A DNA stretch of 64,000 bases from an uncultured Actinomycetes bacterium (lineage in GTDB: Bacteria; Actinomycetota; Coriobacteriia; Anaerosomatales; CAMTYE01), in the NCBI GenBank assembly GCA_947085935.1, contig CAMTYE010000010.1, positions 6,907 through 70,906 of the forward strand, read 5' to 3'. Shown here piece by piece: positions 10,932 to 19,872 of the stretch. Made by a program: the position numbers and the translations under genes. A model generated the notes under the pieces. The model ran no database searches and was not told where the DNA came from. It saw only the letters and a program-made list of their open reading frames with translations. Position 1 is the stretch's first letter. Every line of letters starts with the position of its first letter.

Positions 10932-12284
10932 ATGAACATGGCCTTGAGTGGACTCGATATCTTCAAACTGTTGCCCAAGACGAACTGCGGCGACTGCTCC
11001 GTGCCGACCTGCCTCGCCTTCGCGATGAAGCTCGCGCAGGGTCAGGCCGAACTGGCCGCATGCCCTCACGTGTCCGACGATGCGAAGTCGGCGCTGGCCG
11101 CCTCGGCTGCACCTCCCATGAGGGGTGTGACGGTCGGGACGGGTGAGACCGCATTCACCGTGGGCGAGGAGACGGTGCTCTTCCGCCACGAGAAGACGTT
11201 CGTCAACGCGAGCGCCGTCGGTGTGAGCGTGGAGTCCGGCGCGTCGGACGCCGACATCGACGCAGCGGTCGCTGCGGCGAACGCTGCCTCCTTCGAGCGC
11301 GTCCAGCAGCTCCTGCGGTGCGCCTTCGTGGCCGTCCGGTCGACCTCCGACTCGGCACGGTTCGTCGCCACCGTCGAGCGCGTCGCCGCGGCGACCGAGC
11401 TCCCGCTGATCCTGATCTCGGAAGATGCAGCCGAGATGGCTGCTGCCCTCGACAAGGTCGGCACCAGGAGGCCGCTGATCCACGCGGCCACCGCCGACAA
11501 TGCCGATGCGATGATCGCGCTCGCATCCGAGCACGACTGTCCTCTCGGCATACGCGCCGACGGCCTTGAGGCCGTGGCCGCCTTGACGGAGAAGGCGACC
11601 GCAGCGGGTCTGAAGGACCTCGTCATCGACTCCGCGCCGGCCACGCCGGCCGACGCACTGCGCGACCGCGTCTTCGCACGCCGCGCGGCATTGGAGCAGA
11701 AGTTCGCACCACTCGGCTATCCGCTGATGACGTTCCCCGGCGCTCACGCTGCGGGCGATACGATGCTCGAGGTCGTCTACGCTGCTGCCGAGATGCTCAA
11801 GTACGGCAACATCGTCGTGATGTCGACGGCCGAAGCATGGGCGATGCTGCCGATGCTCGTGCTCCGACAGAACATCTTCACCGACCCGCAGCGTCCCATG
11901 CAGGCCGAACCCAAGATCTACGAGATCGGAAGCCCGGGTCCGGATGCCCCGTTCTTCGTGACGACGAACTTCTCCCTCACCTACTTCATCGTCTCGTCGG
12001 AGATCGAATCCGGCAAGACGCCCGCCTACCTCGGCATCGTCGAAGCAGAGGGTCTCTCGGTCCTGACCGCGTGGGCGGCGGGCAAGTTCGTGCCGGAACG
12101 CATCGCTAAGTTCGTCAAGGACTCGGGCATCGCTGACAAGATCGGTCACCGCGATGTCATCATCCCCGGCGCTGTGGCCCAGATCAGCGGCGAGCTCTCC
12201 GAGGAGCTCGACGGCTGGAACGTGGTCGTCGGGCCGTACGAGGCCTCCGAGATCCCCGCCTTCGTCAAGAAGCGCGCGGGGTAG
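10932..12284 (+). CDS. acsC: Corrinoid iron-sulfur protein large subunit (AcsC/CfsA)
   Basis: ORF 10821..12284 trimmed to ATG 10932, which has AAGGAG upstream. The N-terminus MNMALSGLDIFKLLPKTNCGDCSVPTCLAFAMKLA is the CFeSP 4Fe-4S motif. About 450 aa. Confidence 0.9.
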   Translation: MNMALSGLDIFKLLPKTNCGDCSVPTCLAFAMKLAQGQAELAACPHVSDDAKSALAASAAPPMRGVTVGTGETAFTVGEETVLFRHEKTFVNASAVGVSVESGASDADIDAAVAAANAASFERVQQLLRCAFVAVRSTSDSARFVATVERVAAATELPLILISEDAAEMAAALDKVGTRRPLIHAATADNADAMIALASEHDCPLGIRADGLEAVAALTEKATAAGLKDLVIDSAPATPADALRDRVFARRAALEQKFAPLGYPLMTFPGAHAAGDTMLEVVYAAAEMLKYGNIVVMSTAEAWAMLPMLVLRQNIFTDPQRPMQAEPKIYEIGSPGPDAPFFVTTNFSLTYFIVSSEIESGKTPAYLGIVEAEGLSVLTAWAAGKFVPERIAKFVKDSGIADKIGHRDVIIPGAVAQISGELSEELDGWNVVVGPYEASEIPAFVKKRAG

Positions 12285-12302
12285 GGACTCGGCCGGACAG
12301 AC

Positions 12303-14303
12303 ATGGTGATCCACATGAGCTCCACCCACAAACACCACCTGGCGACAGCGAGTGGTCCGGACGAGCGTCTCTTCGCTCCCTGCCGGGCCCGCTGTCCCGT
12401 GCACATCGACATCCCCGGATATCTCTCGGCGATCGGCGAGGGCCGGTTCACCGACGCGCTCGCGATCATCATGGAACGCAACCCCCTCCCCTCGGTGTGT
12501 GGTCGCGTCTGCCTGCACCCGTGCGAGGAGGGCTGCCGGCGCTGCCAGCTCGACGAGCCGGTCGCGATCGCCGCGCTCAAGCGTGCCGCAGCAGACCACG
12601 GCATGTACCCCACACCCCGGCCTTCCGCGCGGCGCCCGGAGCGCGTGGCCGTGATCGGGGCCGGGCCTGCGGGACTCACAGCCGCACACGACCTGGCGCA
12701 ACTCGGCTTCCAGGTCACGCTCCTCGAGGAGAAGGACCGGCTGGGCGGGATGCTCCGCTACGGCCTGCCCAACTACCGCCTGCCCGATGACGCGCTCGAC
12801 CGCGACATCGACTACATCCTCTCGCTGGGCGTCAACCCGATGCCTGGCGTCCGCGTCGGTCGCGATGTCGGCATCGACACACTTGCCGAGGAGTACGATG
12901 CGGTCCTGGTGACGGTCGGGCTGCAAGCCAGCAGGGCCCTCCCCATCGAGGGCGCCCATCTGCCCCAGGTGCTCACGGCTTTGCCGTTCCTGGAAGCGGC
13001 CGCGAACGGGCAGCGCCCCGAGATAGGGTCGCGCGTCCTGGTCGTGGGTGGCGGCAACGTCGCCATGGACGTGGCGCGCACGGCGGTACGGCTCGGAGCC
13101 GGGGCAGTCGAGGTCGTCTGTCTCGAAAGCCGGGACGAGATGCCGGCTTCCGATCACGAGATCGCCGAGGCCGAACTCGAGGGCGTAACCGTTCTGTGCT
13201 CATGGGGCCCGCGCGGCATCCTCGGCGAGGAAGACGTCTGCGGCTTCGAGTTCGCCCGCTGCACCTCGGTCTTCGATTCCGACGGCCGTTTCGCTCCCAC
13301 CTTCGACGAGAGCGAGATCGAGCGTTTCGACGCGGACACGGTCATCTTCGCTATCGGCCAGGGCGCCGACGCGAGCGACCTGGGCCTTGAGCTCACGAAC
13401 AGAGGTGCTCCCGTCGTCGATCCGCTCACGCTGGAGACGCCGACTCCCGGAGTGTATGCGGCCGGCGACGTGGTGAGCGGGCCTACCAGGGTCATCGACG
13501 CGATCGCGGCCGGTCACAGGGCGTCCGCGGCCATCTTCCGTCAGCTGACCGGCGACGCTACCCTGCTCGAGAGTCTGGATGGCGAGAACGCAGTCCTCGG
13601 CAAGGTGCCCGACTCGATGGCCGAGAGACTCGAGACCCGTCGCCGCGTACAGATGGAGCGGCTCGAGTTCTACGAAGCGACCAAGACCTTCGGGGAGATC
13701 GAAGAGGGCTACACCGAGTACGAGGCGGCACGCGAAGCACAGCGTTGCCTCTCATGTACGACCGGCGCCCGCCTCACGCAGGAGAAGTGCGCATCGTGCC
13801 TGACGTGCATGCGGGTATGCCCGCATGGTGCCCCGGCAGTGATGCAGGGCGGGTATCTGTACTTCGACGCAGAGCTTTGCCACGCGTGCGGAGCGTGCGC
13901 GTCGGTCTGTCCGGCGCGCGCGATCAACCTCGAGGGCTGCTCGGCCGTCGAGACCGAGCAGCGCGTGCAGCGAACGCTCGTGAACCCCGACCTCGAGACC
14001 ACGCTCGCGTTCGTGTGCGGGTACACGCCCGACCTCATCGCGACCATCGGCGAGGATGCGCGCGTGCTCACCGTATCCTGCCTGCTGCGCGTGGACGAGA
14101 GTGCGGTGCTCCAGGCATTGCAGTCGGGAGCGACCCGTATCGTCTTCTCGGGATGCGTCGACGAGATGTGCCGCTTCCCGCACGCCCAGGAACTCGTCGC
14201 CCAGCGTGTGGCGAGCATCAGGCGCACACTCGAGCAGCTCGGGATGAGCGACTCGTTCGTCGTCTCCGGCCAAGACGCCCCTTCAGGGGGTGAGCGCCCG
14301 TGA
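12303..14303 (+). CDS. NfnB/GltD-like NAD(P)H flavoprotein fused to a 2x[4Fe-4S] ferredoxin and an MvhD-like domain
   Basis: N-terminal GltD-type Fe-S helical domain (CPVHIDIPGYL...NPLPSVCGRVCLHPCEEGC). Two Rossmann motifs (VAVIGAGPAGLTAAHDL; VLVVGGGNVAMDVAR) and AAGDVV. Then CLSC..C..C / CHACGACASVCP, then an MvhD-like tail (FVCGYTPD...SCLLRVDE...FSGCVDEMCRF). The stop overlaps the metV start (GTGA). Confidence 0.8.
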   Translation: MVIHMSSTHKHHLATASGPDERLFAPCRARCPVHIDIPGYLSAIGEGRFTDALAIIMERNPLPSVCGRVCLHPCEEGCRRCQLDEPVAIAALKRAAADHGMYPTPRPSARRPERVAVIGAGPAGLTAAHDLAQLGFQVTLLEEKDRLGGMLRYGLPNYRLPDDALDRDIDYILSLGVNPMPGVRVGRDVGIDTLAEEYDAVLVTVGLQASRALPIEGAHLPQVLTALPFLEAAANGQRPEIGSRVLVVGGGNVAMDVARTAVRLGAGAVEVVCLESRDEMPASDHEIAEAELEGVTVLCSWGPRGILGEEDVCGFEFARCTSVFDSDGRFAPTFDESEIERFDADTVIFAIGQGADASDLGLELTNRGAPVVDPLTLETPTPGVYAAGDVVSGPTRVIDAIAAGHRASAAIFRQLTGDATLLESLDGENAVLGKVPDSMAERLETRRRVQMERLEFYEATKTFGEIEEGYTEYEAAREAQRCLSCTTGARLTQEKCASCLTCMRVCPHGAPAVMQGGYLYFDAELCHACGACASVCPARAINLEGCSAVETEQRVQRTLVNPDLETTLAFVCGYTPDLIATIGEDARVLTVSCLLRVDESAVLQALQSGATRIVFSGCVDEMCRFPHAQELVAQRVASIRRTLEQLGMSDSFVVSGQDAPSGGERP

Positions 14304-14953
14304 TCGTGGTGCGCACCAAGCCGCTTGAAGAGATCGTGCGCATGGTCTCGGGTCACCGACGAGTGCTTCTCGTCGGCTGCAACACCTGCGCGGCTGTCGC
14401 GCTCGCAGGCGGCGAGAAGGAGGTCGAGACCCTCAAGGAGACGCTGAAGCTCGCCAGTTGGCGCCAGGGCTCCTCGGTGGAGTACTCGGGCTGCGTGCTG
14501 CAGCGACAGTGCGAGCCGGAGTTCATCGATGACCTCGAGAGCGGCGAGTACGACGCTATCCTCTCGCTCGGCTGCGGGGCCGGCGTCGCGCTGCTGGCCT
14601 CGTCGAACACCAAGCCGGTCTACCCCGCGCTCGACACCCTCTTCATCGGGTCGGCTCAGGGGATGGCGAACTGGCAGGCCGAATGCTCGGCCTGCGGCAG
14701 CTGCGTTCTGGGGGAGACCGCCGGCATCTGCCCGGTGACCCGGTGTGCCAAGGGCATCCTCAACGGCCCGTGCGGCGGCGTCGCCGACGGACGCTGCGAA
14801 CTCGGCGACCGTCCCTGCGCGTGGGTCGAGATACACGAGCGCCTCGAATCGCTCGACCGTGCCGATGAGTTCGGGACGACGCTTGCGCCCAAGGACAACT
14901 CCGTACGAACACGGTGCTTCAAGTGGGACATGGCCGGCGGTGACGACGAATGA
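14300..14953 (+). CDS. metV: Methylene-THF reductase-associated Fe-S/zinc-ribbon subunit MetV
   Basis: 217 aa Cys-rich protein (CNTCAA, CSACGSCVLGETAGICPVTRCAKGILNGPCGG) lying directly upstream of metF. It overlaps both neighbours (GTGA and ATGA). Confidence 0.85.
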   Translation: MIVVRTKPLEEIVRMVSGHRRVLLVGCNTCAAVALAGGEKEVETLKETLKLASWRQGSSVEYSGCVLQRQCEPEFIDDLESGEYDAILSLGCGAGVALLASSNTKPVYPALDTLFIGSAQGMANWQAECSACGSCVLGETAGICPVTRCAKGILNGPCGGVADGRCELGDRPCAWVEIHERLESLDRADEFGTTLAPKDNSVRTRCFKWDMAGGDDE

Positions 14954-15816
14954 CGCTTCACGACGCACTCGCATCCGGGGTGTTCGCGGTGACCTCGGAA
15001 GTCGGCCCGCCCAAGGGCACCGATATCGGAGAGATGCTCGAGACGGCCGAGATGCTTCACGGCCGCGTGCATGCGCTCAACGTGACAGACAACCAGGCGG
15101 CCGTGATGCGCATGAGCACGATCGCAGCGTGCGTGCACCTCAAAGAGGCGGGGCACGACCCGGTCTTCCAGGTCACCTGCCGCGATCGCAACCGCATCGC
15201 GATCCAGTCGGATCTCCTCGGCGCGGCTTCGTTCGGCATCACGAACGTGCTCGCGCTGACCGGCGACCACGTGACCGTCGGCGACCACCCCGGCGCCAAG
15301 GGGGTGTTCGATCTGGAATCGGTCCAGCTCCTCGACGTGATCGCGGCTCTGCAGAGCGGACACGACGCGAGCGGGAACGAGCTGCACGGCGTGCCCGAGT
15401 TCACCGTGGGCGCGGTCGTGACACCCGACGCCAGGCCGCTCCGGCCCCAGCTCGCCAAGTTCGAGAAGAAGGTCCGCGCGGGGGCCACGTACTTCCAGAC
15501 GCAGGCGGTCTACGATCCGGACTCGTTCATCGAGTTCTCGCTCTACGCGCAGAAGTTCGGCGTCAAGCTCCTCGCGGGCCTCGTCGTGCTGCGCTCTGCC
15601 GGAATGGCCCGCTTCATGAACCGGAACATCCCCGGTATCGAAGTGCCCGAAGCTCTCATCGACGAACTCGCGGCGTCTTCGGATCCGGTGAAGACGGGAA
15701 TCGATATCACGGCGCGGTTCATCGATCGCGTTGCCGGGCACTGTGACGGCGTGCATATCATGGCGGTAGGCGCGGAACACCTCGTCCCGCGCGTGCTGGA
15801 CGCATCGGGCCTGTGA
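14950..15816 (+). CDS. metF: 5,10-methylenetetrahydrofolate reductase
   Basis: 288 aa. Motifs VTSEVGPPKG, VTCRDRN, LTGD and YFQTQAVYD are typical of acetogen-type MetF. Confidence 0.9.
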   Translation: MTLHDALASGVFAVTSEVGPPKGTDIGEMLETAEMLHGRVHALNVTDNQAAVMRMSTIAACVHLKEAGHDPVFQVTCRDRNRIAIQSDLLGAASFGITNVLALTGDHVTVGDHPGAKGVFDLESVQLLDVIAALQSGHDASGNELHGVPEFTVGAVVTPDARPLRPQLAKFEKKVRAGATYFQTQAVYDPDSFIEFSLYAQKFGVKLLAGLVVLRSAGMARFMNRNIPGIEVPEALIDELAASSDPVKTGIDITARFIDRVAGHCDGVHIMAVGAEHLVPRVLDASGL

Positions 15817-15829
15817 GAGGAAGACGACG

Positions 15830-16606
15830 ATGAAGATCGCGATCTCGGGAAAAGGCGGCGTTGGCAAGACCACGCTCTCATCGAATCTCGCGCGCTACTT
15901 CGCCGAGGAGGGCCGCCGGGTGATAGCGATCGATGCCGATCCCGACGCGAACCTCGCGATCGCGCTGGGCGCGGATGCCGAGACCGCCTGCGGCTGCGTG
16001 CCGCTTTCAAAGATGGACGACCTGATCGAGGAGCGCACGGGAGCGCGTCCGGGCGCCGGCGGCATGTTCCGGCTCAACCCTGACGTCTCCGACGTGGTCG
16101 ACAGCTGCGGGATCGACATCAACGGCATCACACTGCTGCGAATGGGCACCGTCGAGCGCGGAGGATCCGGGTGTATGTGCTCGGAAGGGACGTTTCTCAA
16201 AGCGTTCATGCGGCACCTGCTCGTCGACCGCAGCGACGTGGCGATTCTCGATATGGAGGCCGGCCTGGAGCATCTCGGCCGCGGAACCGCAGAGAACGTG
16301 GACCTGTTCATCGTCGTCGTCGAGCCCGGCGCCCGCGCCGTCCAGACCGCCCATGCGGTGAGCGCGCTGGCCGATGACATCGGAATCAAGCAGGTCTACG
16401 CCGTCGGCAACCGTGTTCGCGATGATGCGGACCGGGAGTTCCTTGTCGGTGCACTCGGCGACGTCCCGCTCCTGGGCGTGCTACCGGATAGCGACGGAGT
16501 CCGCCTCGCCGACCGCGAAGGGCGCTCGCCCTACGGTACCGACCCTGAGTTCACCCATGCGCTGCACGAGATAGCAGTGCATCTCGAGAAACTGATAGAA
16601 GGCTGA
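15830..16606 (+). CDS. cooC: CODH/ACS nickel-insertion ATPase CooC/AcsF (copy 2)
   Basis: SGKGGVGKTT Walker A, GSGCMC motif, 258 aa. Paralog of the gene at 4132..4908. Confidence 0.88.
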   Translation: MKIAISGKGGVGKTTLSSNLARYFAEEGRRVIAIDADPDANLAIALGADAETACGCVPLSKMDDLIEERTGARPGAGGMFRLNPDVSDVVDSCGIDINGITLLRMGTVERGGSGCMCSEGTFLKAFMRHLLVDRSDVAILDMEAGLEHLGRGTAENVDLFIVVVEPGARAVQTAHAVSALADDIGIKQVYAVGNRVRDDADREFLVGALGDVPLLGVLPDSDGVRLADREGRSPYGTDPEFTHALHEIAVHLEKLIEG

Positions 16607-16620
16607 CGAGGAGGACCCAC

Positions 16621-17445
16621 ATGCTTGTGTTCGGCGAGAAAGTCAACGTTATGAGCAAGACCATCGGCCCGGCCATGAAGGAGCGCGACCCCGGCCCAAT
16701 TCGCGAGATGGCCATCCGCCAGGTCGAAGGCGGCGCGGACATCCTCGATATCAACCTGGGCCCCGCCACCAAGGGCGGTCCGGAGATGATGGAGTACGTG
16801 GTCAACGTGGTCCAGGAGGCCGTGCCCGAGACCCGGCTGTGCCTCGACACGATGAACCCGCTCGCGATGGAGGCCGGGCTGAAGGTCTGCAAGCTGCAGC
16901 CGGTCATCAACTCGACGAGCGCCGAGCGCGCCCGTCTTGAGACATTCCTCCCGCTCGCCAAGACATACGAAGCCGAGATCATCGGACTGGCGATGACCGA
17001 AGCCGGCGTGAGCCGCGATGCCAACGAGCGCGTCGAGGCGGCCATGACCATCATGGCCGCGATGATGGAGTTCGACGTGCCGCTCGACCGGCTCTACCTC
17101 GACCCGCTCCTGCTCCCGGTCGGCGTCGCCCAGCAGCAGGCAATGGAGGCTGCCGAAGCGGTTCAGATGTTCGGCCACCTCAACGAGCCGCCGCTCAAGA
17201 CCGTGGTCGGCCTCTCCAACATCTACAACGGCTGCCCCGAGCATGTGAAGTCGCCCATGGCTGCCGCACTGCTCTCCCTGCTGATTCCCATGGGGTTGAG
17301 CGCGGCGATCATGGATCCGAACGACGAGCTGCAGATGGCTGTCGTGCGTCAGGACGTCGACGTCCTCGCCGCCGACGACACGATGGAGAAGTCCATCGCC
17401 GTTCTCAGGAACGAAACGCTGTACTGCAACTCGTACCTCGACTAG
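16621..17445 (+). CDS. acsE: Methyltetrahydrofolate:corrinoid/iron-sulfur protein methyltransferase
   Basis: 274 aa pterin-binding TIM barrel pattern (GADILDINLGP..., INSTS, GLSNI). GAGGAGG RBS upstream. Sits in the acs cluster. Confidence 0.88.
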   Translation: MLVFGEKVNVMSKTIGPAMKERDPGPIREMAIRQVEGGADILDINLGPATKGGPEMMEYVVNVVQEAVPETRLCLDTMNPLAMEAGLKVCKLQPVINSTSAERARLETFLPLAKTYEAEIIGLAMTEAGVSRDANERVEAAMTIMAAMMEFDVPLDRLYLDPLLLPVGVAQQQAMEAAEAVQMFGHLNEPPLKTVVGLSNIYNGCPEHVKSPMAAALLSLLIPMGLSAAIMDPNDELQMAVVRQDVDVLAADDTMEKSIAVLRNETLYCNSYLD

Positions 17446-17476
17446 CCCTGTCCACCGAGACGACCGCGGAGCCCAT

Positions 17477-17983
17477 ATGCACGACTGCGCCTGCGCCCAC
17501 GATGCGCCAGAAGCCATAGACCTGACACTGATCGATCCGATACTCGAGCGGCACGCCGCCGATCCCGGAGCGCTGATTCCCGTGCTCCAGGAGACCCAGG
17601 AGACCCTGGGCTACCTCCCGCGCGAAGCGCTCGAGGCCATCTCTTCGGCACTGAGCATCCCGTTCGCAGAGACCTACGGAGTCGCCACGTTCTACACGCA
17701 GTTCCATCTCGAGCCGCGCGGTCGGACGATCATCCGCATCTGCCACGGCACCGCGTGCCACGTGCGGGGCGCGGGGGCGGTCACCGATGCGATCACCGGG
17801 GAGCTGGGGGTCGGCGTGGGTGAGACTGCCGAGGACCTGAGCTTCACGATCGAGTCCGTCGCCTGTGTGGGATGCTGCGGGCTGGCGCCCGTGGTCCTGG
17901 TGGACGACCAGATGTATGGCAATCTCGACTCGAAGAGTGCGCGCCGCAAGGCGAAGGCGCTCAAGCGGGCGGCGAGCTCATGA
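17477..17983 (+). CDS. NuoE/HydC/FdsG-like thioredoxin-fold 2Fe-2S subunit
   Basis: 168 aa. Motifs ICHGTACHVRGA and CVGCCGLAPV are the NuoE 2Fe-2S ligands. The stop overlaps the next start (ATGA). Confidence 0.88.
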   Translation: MHDCACAHDAPEAIDLTLIDPILERHAADPGALIPVLQETQETLGYLPREALEAISSALSIPFAETYGVATFYTQFHLEPRGRTIIRICHGTACHVRGAGAVTDAITGELGVGVGETAEDLSFTIESVACVGCCGLAPVVLVDDQMYGNLDSKSARRKAKALKRAASS

Positions 17984-19797
17984 GCGCGGAGGCGAACATG
18001 ACCGCCGCAGCTCAGGGCATTGCGATTCGCGTCTGCACCGGTTCGGGCTGCGCGATGAACGGCTCGCTGCTCGTTGCCGACCGACTCGAAGCAGCCATCG
18101 AAGCCGCCGGCGAGACCGCTCGCATGCGAGTCGTCCGGACCGGCTGTCACGGCCTGTGCGAACGCGGACCGATCGTCGTGGTGGACCCGGCGGGGACGTT
18201 CTACCCCTGTGTCGATGAGACGAAGGCCGCACGCATCGCCGAGGCGCTCCTCGGAGACGGTGCGACGATCGAGGAGTATCTGTTCCACGAGCCTGACTCC
18301 GGTGAGGCGATCGAGACCTACGACGAGATTCCCTTCAACCGCATTCAGCACCGGGTGGTGCTCCGCAACTGCGGCGTGATCGATCCCGAGTCGCTCGATG
18401 AGGCGATCGAGCACGGTGCTTACGCGGCCCTTCGCACGGTCCTCGACACGATGAGTCCCGAGCGCCTCATCGATGAGATCGAGGCTTCGGGCCTGCGCGG
18501 ACGTGGCGGTGCCGGATTCACCACAGGCCTCAAATGGCGGTTCACGCGTCAGGCCCCCGGTGACCTCAAGTACGTCATCTGCAACGCCGACGAGGGCGAT
18601 CCCGGCGCGTTCATGGATCGCAGTATCGTCGAAGGCGACCCGCATAGCGTGCTCGAGGGCATGGCCATAGCCGCATACGCCGTCGGCGCCACGGAGGGCC
18701 GTGTGTACGTCCGCGCGGAGTACCCGCTCGCCGTCAAGCGCATGCGCAAGGCCATCGTCGACGCCGAGAAGGCCGGGCTCCTCGGCAAGAACATCTCCGG
18801 CACCGACTTCTCGTTCGACGTCAGGGTGCGGGAGGGCGCCGGCGCCTTCGTGTGCGGCGAGGAAACGGCGCTCATCGCCTCGATCGAGGGCGAGCGCGGC
18901 ATGCCGCGACCCAGACCCCCGTTCCCCGCCACCTCCGGTCTGTGGTCCAGGCCCACATGCATCAACAACGTCGAGACGCTCGCCAATATCGGTTGGATCG
19001 TGAACCATGGTGCGGCAGCGTATGCGGCGATGGGTGCCGAAAGCAGCAAGGGCACCAAGGTCTTCGCTCTGACCGGCAAGGTACGGTATACGGGGCTGGT
19101 CGAGGTGCCCATGGGCCTGCCGATCCAGGACCTCGTCTACACGGTCGGCGGCGGCAGTTCGACTGGCTACGAGGTCAAAGCCGTCCAGATCGGTGGTCCG
19201 AGCGGCGGGTGCCTTCCGGCCGAGCTCTTCGACACGCCAATCGCGTACGACACCCTCGCATCGGTCGGCGCGATCGTCGGATCGGGCGGCGTCGTCGTGG
19301 TCGACGAGCGCACGTGCATGGTGGAGCTTGCGCGCTACTTCCTCTCGTTCACGCAAGAGGAGTCCTGCGGCAAGTGCGTCCCCTGCCGCGTAGGCACGAA
19401 GCGCATGCTCGAGATCGTCACCCGGATCACCGAGGGCAAGGGCGAGGAAGGCGATACTGACCTCCTCGAACGTCTCGCACTCGACATTCAGCGCACGTCA
19501 CTATGCGGTCTTGGCCAGACGGCGCCCAATCCCGTCCTCACGACACTGCGCTACTACCGTCACGAGTTCGACGAGCACATCGCCGAGCGCCGCTGCCGGG
19601 CCGGCGAATGCAACGAGCTCTCGACATTCGTTGTCGATGCGGAAACATGCACGGGTTGCGCTGTGTGCAAGAAGCACTGCCCGGTCGATGCGATCGTGGG
19701 CGAGCTCAAGGAGCTGCACACGATCGATGCCGACCGGTGCATCAAGTGCGGCGTGTGCGTGAGCCATTGCCCCTTCGATGCGATCAGCCGAGTGTAG
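17980..19797 (+). CDS. NuoF/HydB-like NAD(P)H-binding flavoprotein with extra N-terminal 2Fe-2S and C-terminal 2x[4Fe-4S] domains
   Basis: ORF 17872..19797 trimmed to ATG 17980. N-terminal CTGSGC...CHGLC. NuoF core (GLRGRGGAGFTTGLKW, CNADEGDPGAF, ESCGKCVPCR). C-terminal CTGCAVCKKHCP and CIKCGVCVSHCP. Confidence 0.88.
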   Translation: MSAEANMTAAAQGIAIRVCTGSGCAMNGSLLVADRLEAAIEAAGETARMRVVRTGCHGLCERGPIVVVDPAGTFYPCVDETKAARIAEALLGDGATIEEYLFHEPDSGEAIETYDEIPFNRIQHRVVLRNCGVIDPESLDEAIEHGAYAALRTVLDTMSPERLIDEIEASGLRGRGGAGFTTGLKWRFTRQAPGDLKYVICNADEGDPGAFMDRSIVEGDPHSVLEGMAIAAYAVGATEGRVYVRAEYPLAVKRMRKAIVDAEKAGLLGKNISGTDFSFDVRVREGAGAFVCGEETALIASIEGERGMPRPRPPFPATSGLWSRPTCINNVETLANIGWIVNHGAAAYAAMGAESSKGTKVFALTGKVRYTGLVEVPMGLPIQDLVYTVGGGSSTGYEVKAVQIGGPSGGCLPAELFDTPIAYDTLASVGAIVGSGGVVVVDERTCMVELARYFLSFTQEESCGKCVPCRVGTKRMLEIVTRITEGKGEEGDTDLLERLALDIQRTSLCGLGQTAPNPVLTTLRYYRHEFDEHIAERRCRAGECNELSTFVVDAETCTGCAVCKKHCPVDAIVGELKELHTIDADRCIKCGVCVSHCPFDAISRV

Positions 19798-19872
19798 GAG
19801 GCCGGGCACCGCGCCGGGCACCAAATAGGCAGCACCGATCCCAGCTGACACGCGACAGACAAGGATCCTGAG

